NCBI GenBank assembly: GCA_963663955.1
Contig: OY760694.1
Coordinates: forward strand, 2,503,587-2,567,586
From: Acidimicrobiia bacterium
Lineage (GTDB): Bacteria; Actinomycetota; Acidimicrobiia; Spongiisociales; Spongiisociaceae
DNA length: 64,000 nt
Reading direction: 5' to 3'
Part shown: one piece after another, positions 40,490 through 49,662 of the stretch
Layout: each line of letters starts with the position of its first letter
Position numbering within the stretch: the stretch's first letter is position 1
Notes under the pieces: generated by a model
The model's input: the letters and a program-made list of their open reading frames with translations, nothing else
Told to the model about the DNA's origin: nothing
Database searches by the model: none
Made by a program: the position numbers and the translations under genes

Positions 40490-43400
40490 ATGAGATTCCG
40501 GCGGCATGCTCTCATCCGGCGGAACAGGGTGGGTTTCCGTAAGCGGGTTTGCTCGCATCGAATACTGACCACGGTCACGCTGTGGCTCGTAATCGCGGCG
40601 GCTACGGTCGCGACGCCCTTGGGGGCCTCGGCCCAGACGTCATCAAGCTCAGACCCTGATATCCCGCAAAGCCCCGACTGCCATCCCAGCCAGACCATAA
40701 GGATCCTATTCCTGCTTGACACCTCGGGGAGCTTGCAATGGAACGATCCGGCGGGTAACCGGATCGAAGGAACCATTCGGGCCGTGTCCGACCTGGTAAC
40801 CCGGGCGATCAACGACGGCCCGGAGCAGCGCCGCAGATACGGCGGATGGTCATTGCAGGTGGCGGTCGACACATTCGCCAACGACTACTACCGATCCGGA
40901 GACTGGCGCCCGCTGGTCGGTACCGATGAGGCTCTGCTCACCGGTACCGACCAAATCAGGGATCTAGCCCGGCAGCTTGAGGACACGATACGAGCGGCGG
41001 AACCGTCCGGCTCCCGGACCGACTACCGCAGAGCCTTGGCCGGCGCCGTCGAACGGTTTCGCGAAGGCGGCGGCGGCTCCTGCAACCTGCTGTTCTGGTT
41101 CACCGACGGGGAACACGACACTCAGGGCCGCGCCAGGCTCAACAGTACCGAGCGCCGCCAGATAGACGACATGTGTCGATCGGACGGGGTGGTAGCGGAC
41201 CTCAGACAGTCCGGAATATGGACCAGTGTGATCGAGTTGACCGAGAACCGCGCCCCAACCGCCGTGCTGCCTCGGCTGGTTGGGACCGGTCAGGAGTGCG
41301 ACGGCCTCAACGGGAGCGTCGTGGGACGTGTCATCCCGGTAGCGTCCGCCTCGCAGCTGGTGGACGACATCGAAAGGATCCTGTACGAGGTCTGGCCTCG
41401 CACACCGATCGAATACCATCCTTGCTCCCCCACGCCGGAGCGTCGGTTCGTTCTCGACGAAGACCTTGAAGAGGTCAGGGTGTTCGTCGACCTTACCAAG
41501 GTCGACGAACCCGACGCTGTGGTGCTAAGCCTTCAACCTCCCGGCGGCCGACCGTTTCCGATCTCGTTTCCCGACACTTGGAGGAGAATCTCGAACACAG
41601 GATTGCTCGGCTGGAAGCCCACCAAGTGGCATCGGGAGATCAGGGCGCATCAGCTTGGCCGGCAGCTGTACGGAACGGTCTGGGGCGCCGATCAGGAGTG
41701 GCGTCTGTTCTGTTCCGGCCCCGGCTACGAACGGGCCGAGATCGCCATAGAGAAACTCGAGATAGAGAAAGCGAGGGTGGTGGAGCTGAACCGGACCGCC
41801 GACAATCTGGTGGGGCAGGTGCAACCACCACCGAAAGAGGGGGAAACGGTCCGCATCTCGGCCCGAATCGGCGGTGTTGGTCCCGGTGCCGGACGTAGCC
41901 TTGATCTCCCCGATGAGGACCTTCGGGTCGAGCGCAACGGCAGGTTCACGATCCCCACCGTCAAGGACCGGGTTGAGGAGGCGCTCGGGGAGACCGGAGA
42001 ATGCCAGGCCGAACTTGAGGTCTCGGTCACCAAGTGGGTGACCTATGGCGAAGAGCGCAGCTTCTGGGACATCCCCGGATCGGAGGCCGTACTCGCCGTG
42101 GACGTCTGTCGGGGCCCTCTGCCGGAAGTCTCGATCGCCCTGATCGATGGACAGCCTTCAGGCCCTCTCGAGGTCACCGCCCGCGGCGGCTATCTCGATT
42201 CCCTCCTTACGATCGCGGGAATCGGCACCGATCCTCCGGTGGAACTCGGTCCATTGGTGTGGCGTTGTGAAGTCCCCGCCAATGTAGACGGTTTCCGCTG
42301 CGACAACCTTGCGGTGGACGTGTCCGACCAGCCCGACATCGGAACGGAAGTGGACTTGGAAGTGACCGTCGAAGCAAGCCCCCAAGGCTTGGACCGGCCA
42401 GAGACCCGGATCCTTCCGGTGGCGGGGCTGCTGGTCAAGGGCAAACTCCCCCACCCCGATCGGGTGATGGTCGGCGGCGCTGGAACCGGTGTGGTCCAGG
42501 TAGGCGCCGACGGTGGCCTGCATGACTCCGAGATGGAGATAACCGCCGTCCGACCTGTGGAAGTAAGCGTGTCGGATGGTCCCTGGCGTTGCTACGTGCC
42601 CGCCAATGAGGTCGAGTATTCCTGCAGTCCAGATGTCGTCCTGACCGCGCCGGGAGCTACGCGGTCGATCAACACCCCCCTGTCGCTCACCATCAGGGCT
42701 CGATCCACGGTCGACGGTTCCGCCGAGTGGGTCAGGGACTTCCCGATCAGCAGCCTCGACATACCGGGTGATCTGCCCCGAGAGTTGACCGTAACTGCTC
42801 TGCCCCGTGACCCGGACGAGCCGATCACGCTGAAGGTAGCGGTCGAACCCGGGGCCCAGGCCGCGGTGGTGTCATCGGAATCGGTCGAACCGGTAGAGGC
42901 CGCCCATCCCGAGAAAGATCCGGTCCGGATCGTCGTATCATCCTGGGAAGGCTGGCGATGTGACATCGAAAGAACCCTTCCGGGTGTCGCCACGAACGTC
43001 ACAGAGTGCGACCAACCGCTCCGCATCGAGTGGGAGGGTTCCCACGACTCGGAGATCGGTCTCAACCTCACCTTCGGGATCCGGGGATCGGCGGACGGGG
43101 AAGTATCTCAGTCGGTCACCGCCACCTCCGGACCGTTCGAGATACGAGTCTGGGAACTCTCGGAGTTCATCGCCGCCCTGATCCGCTACCTGGCCGTGCT
43201 CGTCGTAGCTGTGTTAGCGGTTCGCGTGTTAACGGCTTGGTGGCGTCGGCGATGGGCCCCGGCGTCCTCGGCGCAATACTTCACCCTCCGCGGCGACAGC
43301 GGTACGTCGATCGAGGAGTCGACCGGAAGGTCTCAGATCGAACCGTCAGAGTATGAGATGGCACCCGGCCTCGACTCCAGAGCGTCCTCGGCGAACCTGG

Positions 43401-43825
43401 GCGAGATTCAGCTCCGCATGTTGTGGTGGCCGTTGCTGCTCGGGGGGCGCCGACGGATCGCCGCGTTCTATCCGGACGGCGCCTGCACATCCGGTGCCGG
43501 AAGTAGCAAGCAGCGGCTGGGCGAAGGCAGGTACGGCGTGGTCGGATCCTCTCTACGGGACGGTTGGGCCTTGGGACGGGCATCGGATGACGGATGGACA
43601 TTGGTGGTATGGGATCTCCCTTCCGACCAGGATGAGGCCCAAGCCAGGCTCGACGAGGCGATCAACGAGGCCGCCGCCCGGTGGGACTCCGTTTCTCCCC
43701 GGAAGACACCATCGCCAAGTTCGGCCCAGGATTCCCCCGAAGTTCCCCAACGTGAACCGCCCGGGGAAGAAGGTTCTTCTGACTGGGATTCCGATCTCGA
43801 CGACGATCCCTTCGTAACCAAATGA
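40490..43825 (+). CDS. Exported VWA-domain protein, 1111 aa, single C-terminal-proximal TM anchor and cytoplasmic tail
   Basis: N-terminal signal/TM segment. VWA MIDAS motif IRILFLLDTSGSL ... LLFWFTDGEHD. Three ~115-aa repeats each with W-R-C...C. TM helix FIAALIRYLAVLVVAVLAVRVL. ~200-aa tail ending in an acidic patch. Confidence 0.7.
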   Translation: MRFRRHALIRRNRVGFRKRVCSHRILTTVTLWLVIAAATVATPLGASAQTSSSSDPDIPQSPDCHPSQTIRILFLLDTSGSLQWNDPAGNRIEGTIRAVSDLVTRAINDGPEQRRRYGGWSLQVAVDTFANDYYRSGDWRPLVGTDEALLTGTDQIRDLARQLEDTIRAAEPSGSRTDYRRALAGAVERFREGGGGSCNLLFWFTDGEHDTQGRARLNSTERRQIDDMCRSDGVVADLRQSGIWTSVIELTENRAPTAVLPRLVGTGQECDGLNGSVVGRVIPVASASQLVDDIERILYEVWPRTPIEYHPCSPTPERRFVLDEDLEEVRVFVDLTKVDEPDAVVLSLQPPGGRPFPISFPDTWRRISNTGLLGWKPTKWHREIRAHQLGRQLYGTVWGADQEWRLFCSGPGYERAEIAIEKLEIEKARVVELNRTADNLVGQVQPPPKEGETVRISARIGGVGPGAGRSLDLPDEDLRVERNGRFTIPTVKDRVEEALGETGECQAELEVSVTKWVTYGEERSFWDIPGSEAVLAVDVCRGPLPEVSIALIDGQPSGPLEVTARGGYLDSLLTIAGIGTDPPVELGPLVWRCEVPANVDGFRCDNLAVDVSDQPDIGTEVDLEVTVEASPQGLDRPETRILPVAGLLVKGKLPHPDRVMVGGAGTGVVQVGADGGLHDSEMEITAVRPVEVSVSDGPWRCYVPANEVEYSCSPDVVLTAPGATRSINTPLSLTIRARSTVDGSAEWVRDFPISSLDIPGDLPRELTVTALPRDPDEPITLKVAVEPGAQAAVVSSESVEPVEAAHPEKDPVRIVVSSWEGWRCDIERTLPGVATNVTECDQPLRIEWEGSHDSEIGLNLTFGIRGSADGEVSQSVTATSGPFEIRVWELSEFIAALIRYLAVLVVAVLAVRVLTAWWRRRWAPASSAQYFTLRGDSGTSIEESTGRSQIEPSEYEMAPGLDSRASSANLGEIQLRMLWWPLLLGGRRRIAAFYPDGACTSGAGSSKQRLGEGRYGVVGSSLRDGWALGRASDDGWTLVVWDLPSDQDEAQARLDEAINEAAARWDSVSPRKTPSPSSAQDSPEVPQREPPGEEGSSDWDSDLDDDPFVTK

Positions 43826-43854
43826 GATGAAACCATCGACTAGGAGATGAACAA

Positions 43855-44961
43855 ATGCTGAGACCCGTCATCATGATCGGTTGCGGAGGATCCGGTTCCA
43901 AAGCGGTTCGCTATGTCCGCGACGCGGTGGAGCGCAAGCTGCGTCACGCCGGGGTCAAGGGCGGCATTCCCGATGCGTGGTCATTCATAGGGCTCGACAC
44001 CCTCACCGTGCAGGAGGACGCGACGGAAATACCGACCCTTCCGGCGACGGACTTCCTGTCGGTGTCGCTCGGCCTCAACAAGTACAGCGATGTTCACGAC
44101 GGACTGATGGTCGAACGCCCGGTTACTTCCTCCACCTATCCGAGCCTGGTGGGTTGGCGCCCCAACCCTGGTGACGTGAACGTGCCGCTGCTCGACGGGG
44201 CCGGAAAGTTCCGGGCAGTGGGGCGGTTGGTCGGGCTGCTGGCGTCGACGAACGAACTTCAAAAACGGATAGGCCGCGCCTTCATGGCCGCCAAGTCGGG
44301 GGGGCCGGAACTGGGTCGTATCTCCGAAGCCTTGGGTGTCCCCTCAAGCTTGGGCTCGGCGACGCCCTCCCCGCTCGTGGTGATCTGTGCTTCGGTGGCG
44401 GGGGGCACCGGCGCCGGGATCGCCCTTGATGTGGTGGATATGGTCCGTAGAGTCGACGATCTCGGGGGATTCCCGGTCCTGGTGCTGTTCACCGCCGACA
44501 TCTTCGACTTCGGCGTCGACGACGCCATGGCGGCCAATTCGCTCGGCCTGGTTTCGGAGACCATGGCCTCCTATTGGGGCAAGCAAGGCGACAACTTCTT
44601 TCCGTCGTTGGTTCCCGAGCCGGGGTCCGGCCCGCACGCCCTGTTTTTCGTCGGCCGACACAGCCTCAAAGGTGGCGATCTGGGCGACACCGTGTCGGTG
44701 TATCGGGCGGTGGGCGAAGCGATGTCCACCTGGGTCACCGAGCCGAGGGTGCAGGAACAGATCCACAACTTCATCACCGTCAACTGGGCGAGTCAGGCCA
44801 AGAATCGGATGGGGGGATATCCCTTCGGAGTGGAATATCAACCGGGTGCGGTGTCCTCATTCGGCGCGGCCACCGTCTCGATGGGGCGTGACCGCTTCGA
44901 GCGCTGGGCCACCGATCTGCTGTCCCCACGAGACCCTCCGACGACTCGCCGGCGGGCATAA
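43855..44961 (+). CDS. Divergent FtsZ/tubulin-superfamily GTPase domain protein (FtsZl-1-like); probably the N-terminal part of a larger protein
   Basis: T1 loop VIMIGCGGSGSKAV (cf. FtsZ IKVIGVGGGGGNAV). T4 signature LVVICASVAGGTGAGIALDVVDMV (cf. FtsZ ITAGMGGGTGTGAAPVIAE). The frame ends 3' of a C4 run at 44924-44927, where the next ORF continues. Confidence 0.65.
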   Translation: MLRPVIMIGCGGSGSKAVRYVRDAVERKLRHAGVKGGIPDAWSFIGLDTLTVQEDATEIPTLPATDFLSVSLGLNKYSDVHDGLMVERPVTSSTYPSLVGWRPNPGDVNVPLLDGAGKFRAVGRLVGLLASTNELQKRIGRAFMAAKSGGPELGRISEALGVPSSLGSATPSPLVVICASVAGGTGAGIALDVVDMVRRVDDLGGFPVLVLFTADIFDFGVDDAMAANSLGLVSETMASYWGKQGDNFFPSLVPEPGSGPHALFFVGRHSLKGGDLGDTVSVYRAVGEAMSTWVTEPRVQEQIHNFITVNWASQAKNRMGGYPFGVEYQPGAVSSFGAATVSMGRDRFERWATDLLSPRDPPTTRRRA

Positions 44962-47050
44962 CCGGTACAAGGCGACGGTAGGAGACGATGTCGATCTGGC
45001 CGAACCGGAATTGATCGAAGTACTGGCCGAGCAGCGGGCCGACAGTATCTACGAAGGTCTCCGGACCGCGCCCGACCACTTCGCGTCGGATCGCGATGGC
45101 AAGGACGAGAGAACCACAATCCTCGCCGAACTCAAGAGACCGTTCTCCGGTCACGCCGTTTCCGGGACCGACTGGTACCGCAGGCTGAAACGCCAGGTCC
45201 GGACCATGAGCAAGGAAAGGAAGAAACGTGCCGAGAACATCGATGTTCCCTCGTGGGGCGCCGAAATGGTACGGGCGATTTGCTCCGCCTCGTCCGAGGT
45301 AGCGGCGGATACCTCTTTGGAAGTTGCCCGGAATGCGATCCTGCTGGCCCGGGAGAAGGCCGAGCAACAGGCGGAGGTTTTGCGACAGAAAGCCGCCCAG
45401 GACCGGGATCCGGCGAAGAAATACCAGCAGAAAGGGCTCAACGACCTGACGGGCCGCAAAGGCAAACTGCGCCTTGACGATGCTCCGGTAACCGACGCTT
45501 TCAAGACGGTGGCTAGCGGCTTGACTTTTGAATGGCGCAGTGTACGCCGCGAGCGGACGGCCGAGGTATTGGAGGCAGCAGCCCGGGAAGTGCTACCGAC
45601 CGCGGCCCGTGCGCTCGGTGCGGCGGCGTCCCAGGCGAACGGCGCCCTCAAAGAGGACGAGGTAACGACTTGGCCGACGATCGGCTCCGGCATACCGAAG
45701 GACTACCTTCCCGCCACCGTGGAGTTTCCGCTTGAAGATCACAACGCTTGGCCGGACCAACTCAAACAACTTTGCAAGGAGGCGGTTCGCCGTGATGCGA
45801 GCGCTACCCGTCCGGTGGACGCGGTCCGTCGGGTTCTGGTAGGCGGAGACAGGGACGGAACTCTCCCGCCGCTGCTGAACCCCTCCGATCCTCAGGCTTC
45901 ATGGGCGCCCGGGGTGTCGCTTCGCCTGTCGTGCGACGCCCGCTCCGGGGCAATCAAGAAGCGTGTGGACGAGTGGACCGGCAGTCCGGGATCGCCGTTC
46001 TCCGACTTCTTTCGGGAAGGCCTGAGGGCCTACCTGTCGGAGAATAACCCGGACACCGATGAGCAACAGGTGGACCATGTGGACCGAATCAAGTCCTTCC
46101 GGCATAGCCTTGAGCAAGCGCTGGTCCGCTCCCAACCGCTGGTTCAGATCAACCCGGGTCTCCATCGGGTGGTCCACCAAAGCGATGTGGCAGTCGACCG
46201 GCTGTGCGCCGCCTTCCCCTTCCAGGAAGGACATCCCGCCGCCGAAGTGGCCCGTGAGGTCGTTGGAAAGGACAACTATCGGGTAACCGACACCGACACT
46301 TCTTCCGTGCTGGTCTCTCACTACATGAGTTCGCCGGTTCACCCGATGGTCGTCAAGTCCTTTACCGAGCCGGTATCCCGATCTGTAGCGAGTTTCGGCG
46401 CCGACGAGGGCCGATTTCGATCGTCTTTCTGGCTGTTTCGTCGGGCGAGAACCTTGCCGGGTTTCACGCCCATGGCCCCCGACATGCTCAAAGCCATGAT
46501 TCGAGGGTTTGCAGTCGGCCGGCTGTGTGGCTATCTGAACCTTGGCCCGTCGCGGCCGAGGATCAGTTCGCCGGAAGGCCCGGTAACCTTCCCCGGTCCG
46601 ATGCTGTCCTCGGTAGAGCAGGACGACATGCTCGCGGCCTTGATCGAGAACTTCTCCCTCTGCTATGCGCTGGTAGACGCCCAAAAGCTGCTGTGTTTCA
46701 AGGCCTACGAGCTCCTGTACGAACTCGGTGAGCACAGGAACCCTGTGCACGACGATCTCCGCCGCCTCCTCGCTACCGGGAACACCCTCCGCCATACTGT
46801 CGATGAGCCGAAATGCCGAGGCACCGATCCCGAAGCCCGCGAGAAGACCGCCGTCCTTTACCTGGACCTCAACATCAAACGTTTTGACAGGCTGGCGTCC
46901 GCAGATACGTTCACGGGCGAGGAATACCGGCATGAGACCGGACACGCCAACCCGAACGTTCCGAGCATGGAAATCGCCGCGATTGCCGCGGAATGCCATC
47001 AGGAGGTCCGCCAAGCCGTAGAGGAAGTGAGCGCCGGAGGGGTGGCATGA
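44942..47050 (+). CDS. Large helical protein, probably continuous with the tubulin-like domain via a frameshift (combined ~1060 aa)
   Basis: No ATG/GTG/TTG start in frame near 44940-45000. Protein-like sequence begins ...HETLRRLAGGHNRYKATVGDDVDLAEPELIEVLAEQ. Long charged, helical, coiled-coil-like stretches. Stop overlaps the next start (ATGA at 47047). Confidence 0.45.
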   Translation, partial: RLAGGHNRYKATVGDDVDLAEPELIEVLAEQRADSIYEGLRTAPDHFASDRDGKDERTTILAELKRPFSGHAVSGTDWYRRLKRQVRTMSKERKKRAENIDVPSWGAEMVRAICSASSEVAADTSLEVARNAILLAREKAEQQAEVLRQKAAQDRDPAKKYQQKGLNDLTGRKGKLRLDDAPVTDAFKTVASGLTFEWRSVRRERTAEVLEAAAREVLPTAARALGAAASQANGALKEDEVTTWPTIGSGIPKDYLPATVEFPLEDHNAWPDQLKQLCKEAVRRDASATRPVDAVRRVLVGGDRDGTLPPLLNPSDPQASWAPGVSLRLSCDARSGAIKKRVDEWTGSPGSPFSDFFREGLRAYLSENNPDTDEQQVDHVDRIKSFRHSLEQALVRSQPLVQINPGLHRVVHQSDVAVDRLCAAFPFQEGHPAAEVAREVVGKDNYRVTDTDTSSVLVSHYMSSPVHPMVVKSFTEPVSRSVASFGADEGRFRSSFWLFRRARTLPGFTPMAPDMLKAMIRGFAVGRLCGYLNLGPSRPRISSPEGPVTFPGPMLSSVEQDDMLAALIENFSLCYALVDAQKLLCFKAYELLYELGEHRNPVHDDLRRLLATGNTLRHTVDEPKCRGTDPEAREKTAVLYLDLNIKRFDRLASADTFTGEEYRHETGHANPNVPSMEIAAIAAECHQEVRQAVEEVSAGGVA

Positions 47051-49662
47051 GCGAGTCGCTGACGGTCTGCGTGGTTCCCGAGGACTATCGAGCCGAAGCT
47101 TCCGACCTATTCACCTCTTGGACCCAAGCAGGGTTGATTGGAGGCGTCGTCCTGTGCTCGCAGAGCGACCCCGAGGCCGATTGTCACTTCTCCGACGACC
47201 TGGAATGGAAATCGGGGAGGCTGTGGAAGGTGCTTGGGCGAGCTACTTACGAAGCGGTGACGGTCGCCGTGCTACGCCCCGACGGTCCCTCCGACAACGA
47301 GGAGAAGGTGGATTGGGAGCACCGACTCGCCGAGGATCTCAGCAAACCGTTCGAGGGAAGCAAGGTGAGGCTTCGGCGAATCACTGTAGGCGTCGCCAAC
47401 CCGGAGATGCCGACCGGGGACCGCGCATTCTCTCCACAATGGGATGCTCACCTGCTCCACGACCTGAGCATGGTCGGCCATGTCGAGGCTGTCCGTTCGC
47501 CGGTCGGCGCCGAGGACCGCGCCGGTGTATGTATGGTGACCGCTCTCCTGGCGGGTGGCGGATGGGCGTTCACCAACCAGGTATGGAAGGTGTCGGACCG
47601 ACCGGTGGGGAACACCAAACCCTTCCGCATTGTGCGGCCACAGATCAGGATTCTCTACGGCGGGGATCCCCGGATCCGGGTCGCCGCCGGAACTATACCC
47701 ATCACCCCGCCTTGGCCCCGTCCCAAAGGCACCGAGACCATCCGGGTAGGTCCGGACATCGAAGTTCCCCGTGACCTGGGAATATCGCTCGCCTCTCGGT
47801 GCGAGTTCCGCTTGCGACAGGCGAGGACCGGAGTCGAGCCGGAAGTGTCGTTTACCGGCAAGATGCGCACAGCGGTTCGGATACTCGGCAAACCCCTCAC
47901 GTCGCCGCGGCCGCCCGATCCGGTCGAACGGGCCCTGGATCGTCTCAACGCCATGGATGCCGGCCTATCCGGACACCCTCGGCAAGCGGAATCCCCCACC
48001 GAGGACCGCGCCATGCTTCTGAAACGAATCAGAAGATCGGGGATGCCCGACCTCGCGCTGGGCAGAGTAGGAGACCCCGAGCCGTGGCGACGGATGCGTC
48101 GTGTGCTGTACGGCTTGGTGGACGCATCTGTGCCCGGGGAGGATGTTCGCATGCCTTATCACCCGCAGGGGGCTGATCCGAGCCTGCTGCCGGTGTGGTC
48201 GGATCCCCACATGATCGCGCCTCCGCCCGATGCCGAGGCGTTCGATCTCGACGGAGACTTGCCGGACGAACTCGGGACCGATCGAATTGAAGCGATCGAC
48301 GTCGCCAACTGCCGGACCGCTCATCACCGCATCACCGGCGGCGATTCCAACTCACCCGCATCGGACACGGAGGAACGACAGGACGACGGAGAAATGGCGG
48401 ATCGGTGGCTTTCGTGGCGGGAACGGTGGAGATGGACGCCGTTGTGGACCCTTGCCGACCGGCTCGCGGGATCTCTCGAGGGCGCCCACAGGGCCTTCGC
48501 GCAATATTCGCAGCGGGCCCGTTCGGATTCCGAGCACCGGGCCGCGGTCCACGCCCGCCGCAAACTCCGTCGAACCGGGTGGACGTTGACAATAGCGGCG
48601 CTGCTGGCCGGACTGGCGGTCGCGGAACGTCATACCGGCTTGGCAGGCGATTGGTTGCAGTTCGTGATCGGCCCTCCGGCCGGGTCGTACTTCGACATTA
48701 TTGCCTACGCGGCCCTCGGCGCCTTTGGTGTAGGTGTCATGGGCTCGCTAGCCCGCCGAGTGGTGGTCGCGACCCTCGCCTTCGAGAAGGCGGAACGATC
48801 ACGTGAAAGCCACAGCAACGCTGCCCGCCACTACGCCTCCGAACTGGCGCGCTTGCACACCGCGGCGGCGGAGTTCCACGATCACCAGAAGGTGATCCGC
48901 ACCATGCTCCACAAGCCGTTCGGCCCCCTGACCGAGAGCCCGGATGTGGGACCCCAACGCCGGTTGATCCCCGAACATTGCGTCCCGGCTTCGATAGTCA
49001 TCGCCACCAGCGAGGCCGATCCCGCCAAGCTGGCGGATGTCCGAAAGGAAATAGCGCAGGGCGTAATCAACCGTGGATGGCTGCTCGATGCCCACTCCAA
49101 GGCGTTAGCGCTCTGGCGACCCTCATTCGAGCGGCAGGTGACCACCGACTTCGATCCGCCCGATGCGGACAACAGCCCACCGGACGCCGAGTTTCTCCAT
49201 GATCCCGCCGGGGGCGGCGCCGTGCCCTTTCCGAGACAGCACTTCACCGACACGGTGGCCGCCGACAGCGCTCTGCGCCGCGCCCTTCGGATAGAGTTCC
49301 CGCTCTCCGTGACCGAGGAAGGGTTCGACGCCCTTCGAATTCTCGGCCTGGTACAGGTGGAACACGGTCCGCAGATGCCGGATACATCAGCCGAAGAGTT
49401 TCTCCGGATAGACGAGCCGGGGGACCAAGACTGGTTCAGCCAGGAGATACTGGACAAGGCGGCCGGACTGAAGCGCCGCCACACCAGGCTGGAAGGTCCG
49501 GAAAAGCTGATAGAACTCCCCGACGGGGAGGAGCGCGACGAGATGATCATGGCCAACTGGCTGATCCCCATGTCTGATCCGATCGAGCCCCGCCATCTGG
49601 CCGGTTGGCGCTCGGTAACCGATGCGGCGATTGTCAGCCAGGGGAGTTCCCAATATGCGTAG
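47047..49662 (+). CDS. Large membrane-associated protein (hypothetical, ~870 aa)
   Basis: Start MSESLTV overlaps the upstream stop. Central pair of TM helices (WTLTIAALLAGLAVA and YFDIIAYAALGAFGVGVMGSLA). No known catalytic motif. Confidence 0.45.
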   Translation: MSESLTVCVVPEDYRAEASDLFTSWTQAGLIGGVVLCSQSDPEADCHFSDDLEWKSGRLWKVLGRATYEAVTVAVLRPDGPSDNEEKVDWEHRLAEDLSKPFEGSKVRLRRITVGVANPEMPTGDRAFSPQWDAHLLHDLSMVGHVEAVRSPVGAEDRAGVCMVTALLAGGGWAFTNQVWKVSDRPVGNTKPFRIVRPQIRILYGGDPRIRVAAGTIPITPPWPRPKGTETIRVGPDIEVPRDLGISLASRCEFRLRQARTGVEPEVSFTGKMRTAVRILGKPLTSPRPPDPVERALDRLNAMDAGLSGHPRQAESPTEDRAMLLKRIRRSGMPDLALGRVGDPEPWRRMRRVLYGLVDASVPGEDVRMPYHPQGADPSLLPVWSDPHMIAPPPDAEAFDLDGDLPDELGTDRIEAIDVANCRTAHHRITGGDSNSPASDTEERQDDGEMADRWLSWRERWRWTPLWTLADRLAGSLEGAHRAFAQYSQRARSDSEHRAAVHARRKLRRTGWTLTIAALLAGLAVAERHTGLAGDWLQFVIGPPAGSYFDIIAYAALGAFGVGVMGSLARRVVVATLAFEKAERSRESHSNAARHYASELARLHTAAAEFHDHQKVIRTMLHKPFGPLTESPDVGPQRRLIPEHCVPASIVIATSEADPAKLADVRKEIAQGVINRGWLLDAHSKALALWRPSFERQVTTDFDPPDADNSPPDAEFLHDPAGGGAVPFPRQHFTDTVAADSALRRALRIEFPLSVTEEGFDALRILGLVQVEHGPQMPDTSAEEFLRIDEPGDQDWFSQEILDKAAGLKRRHTRLEGPEKLIELPDGEERDEMIMANWLIPMSDPIEPRHLAGWRSVTDAAIVSQGSSQYA

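Noticed and set aside
40964-43071. Antisense ORFs inside the VWA gene (e.g. 40964..41419 and 42592..43071 on the minus strand)
   Set aside because: No motifs. Opposite strand of a long, coherent multi-domain CDS. Composition artefacts.
44387-44940. 5' portion of the 887-aa ORF (MLRWRGAPAPGSPL...) overlapping the tubulin-like gene
   Set aside because: Proline/Ser/Arg-rich nonsense overlapping a well-supported coding frame. Only the part after ~44926 is protein-like.
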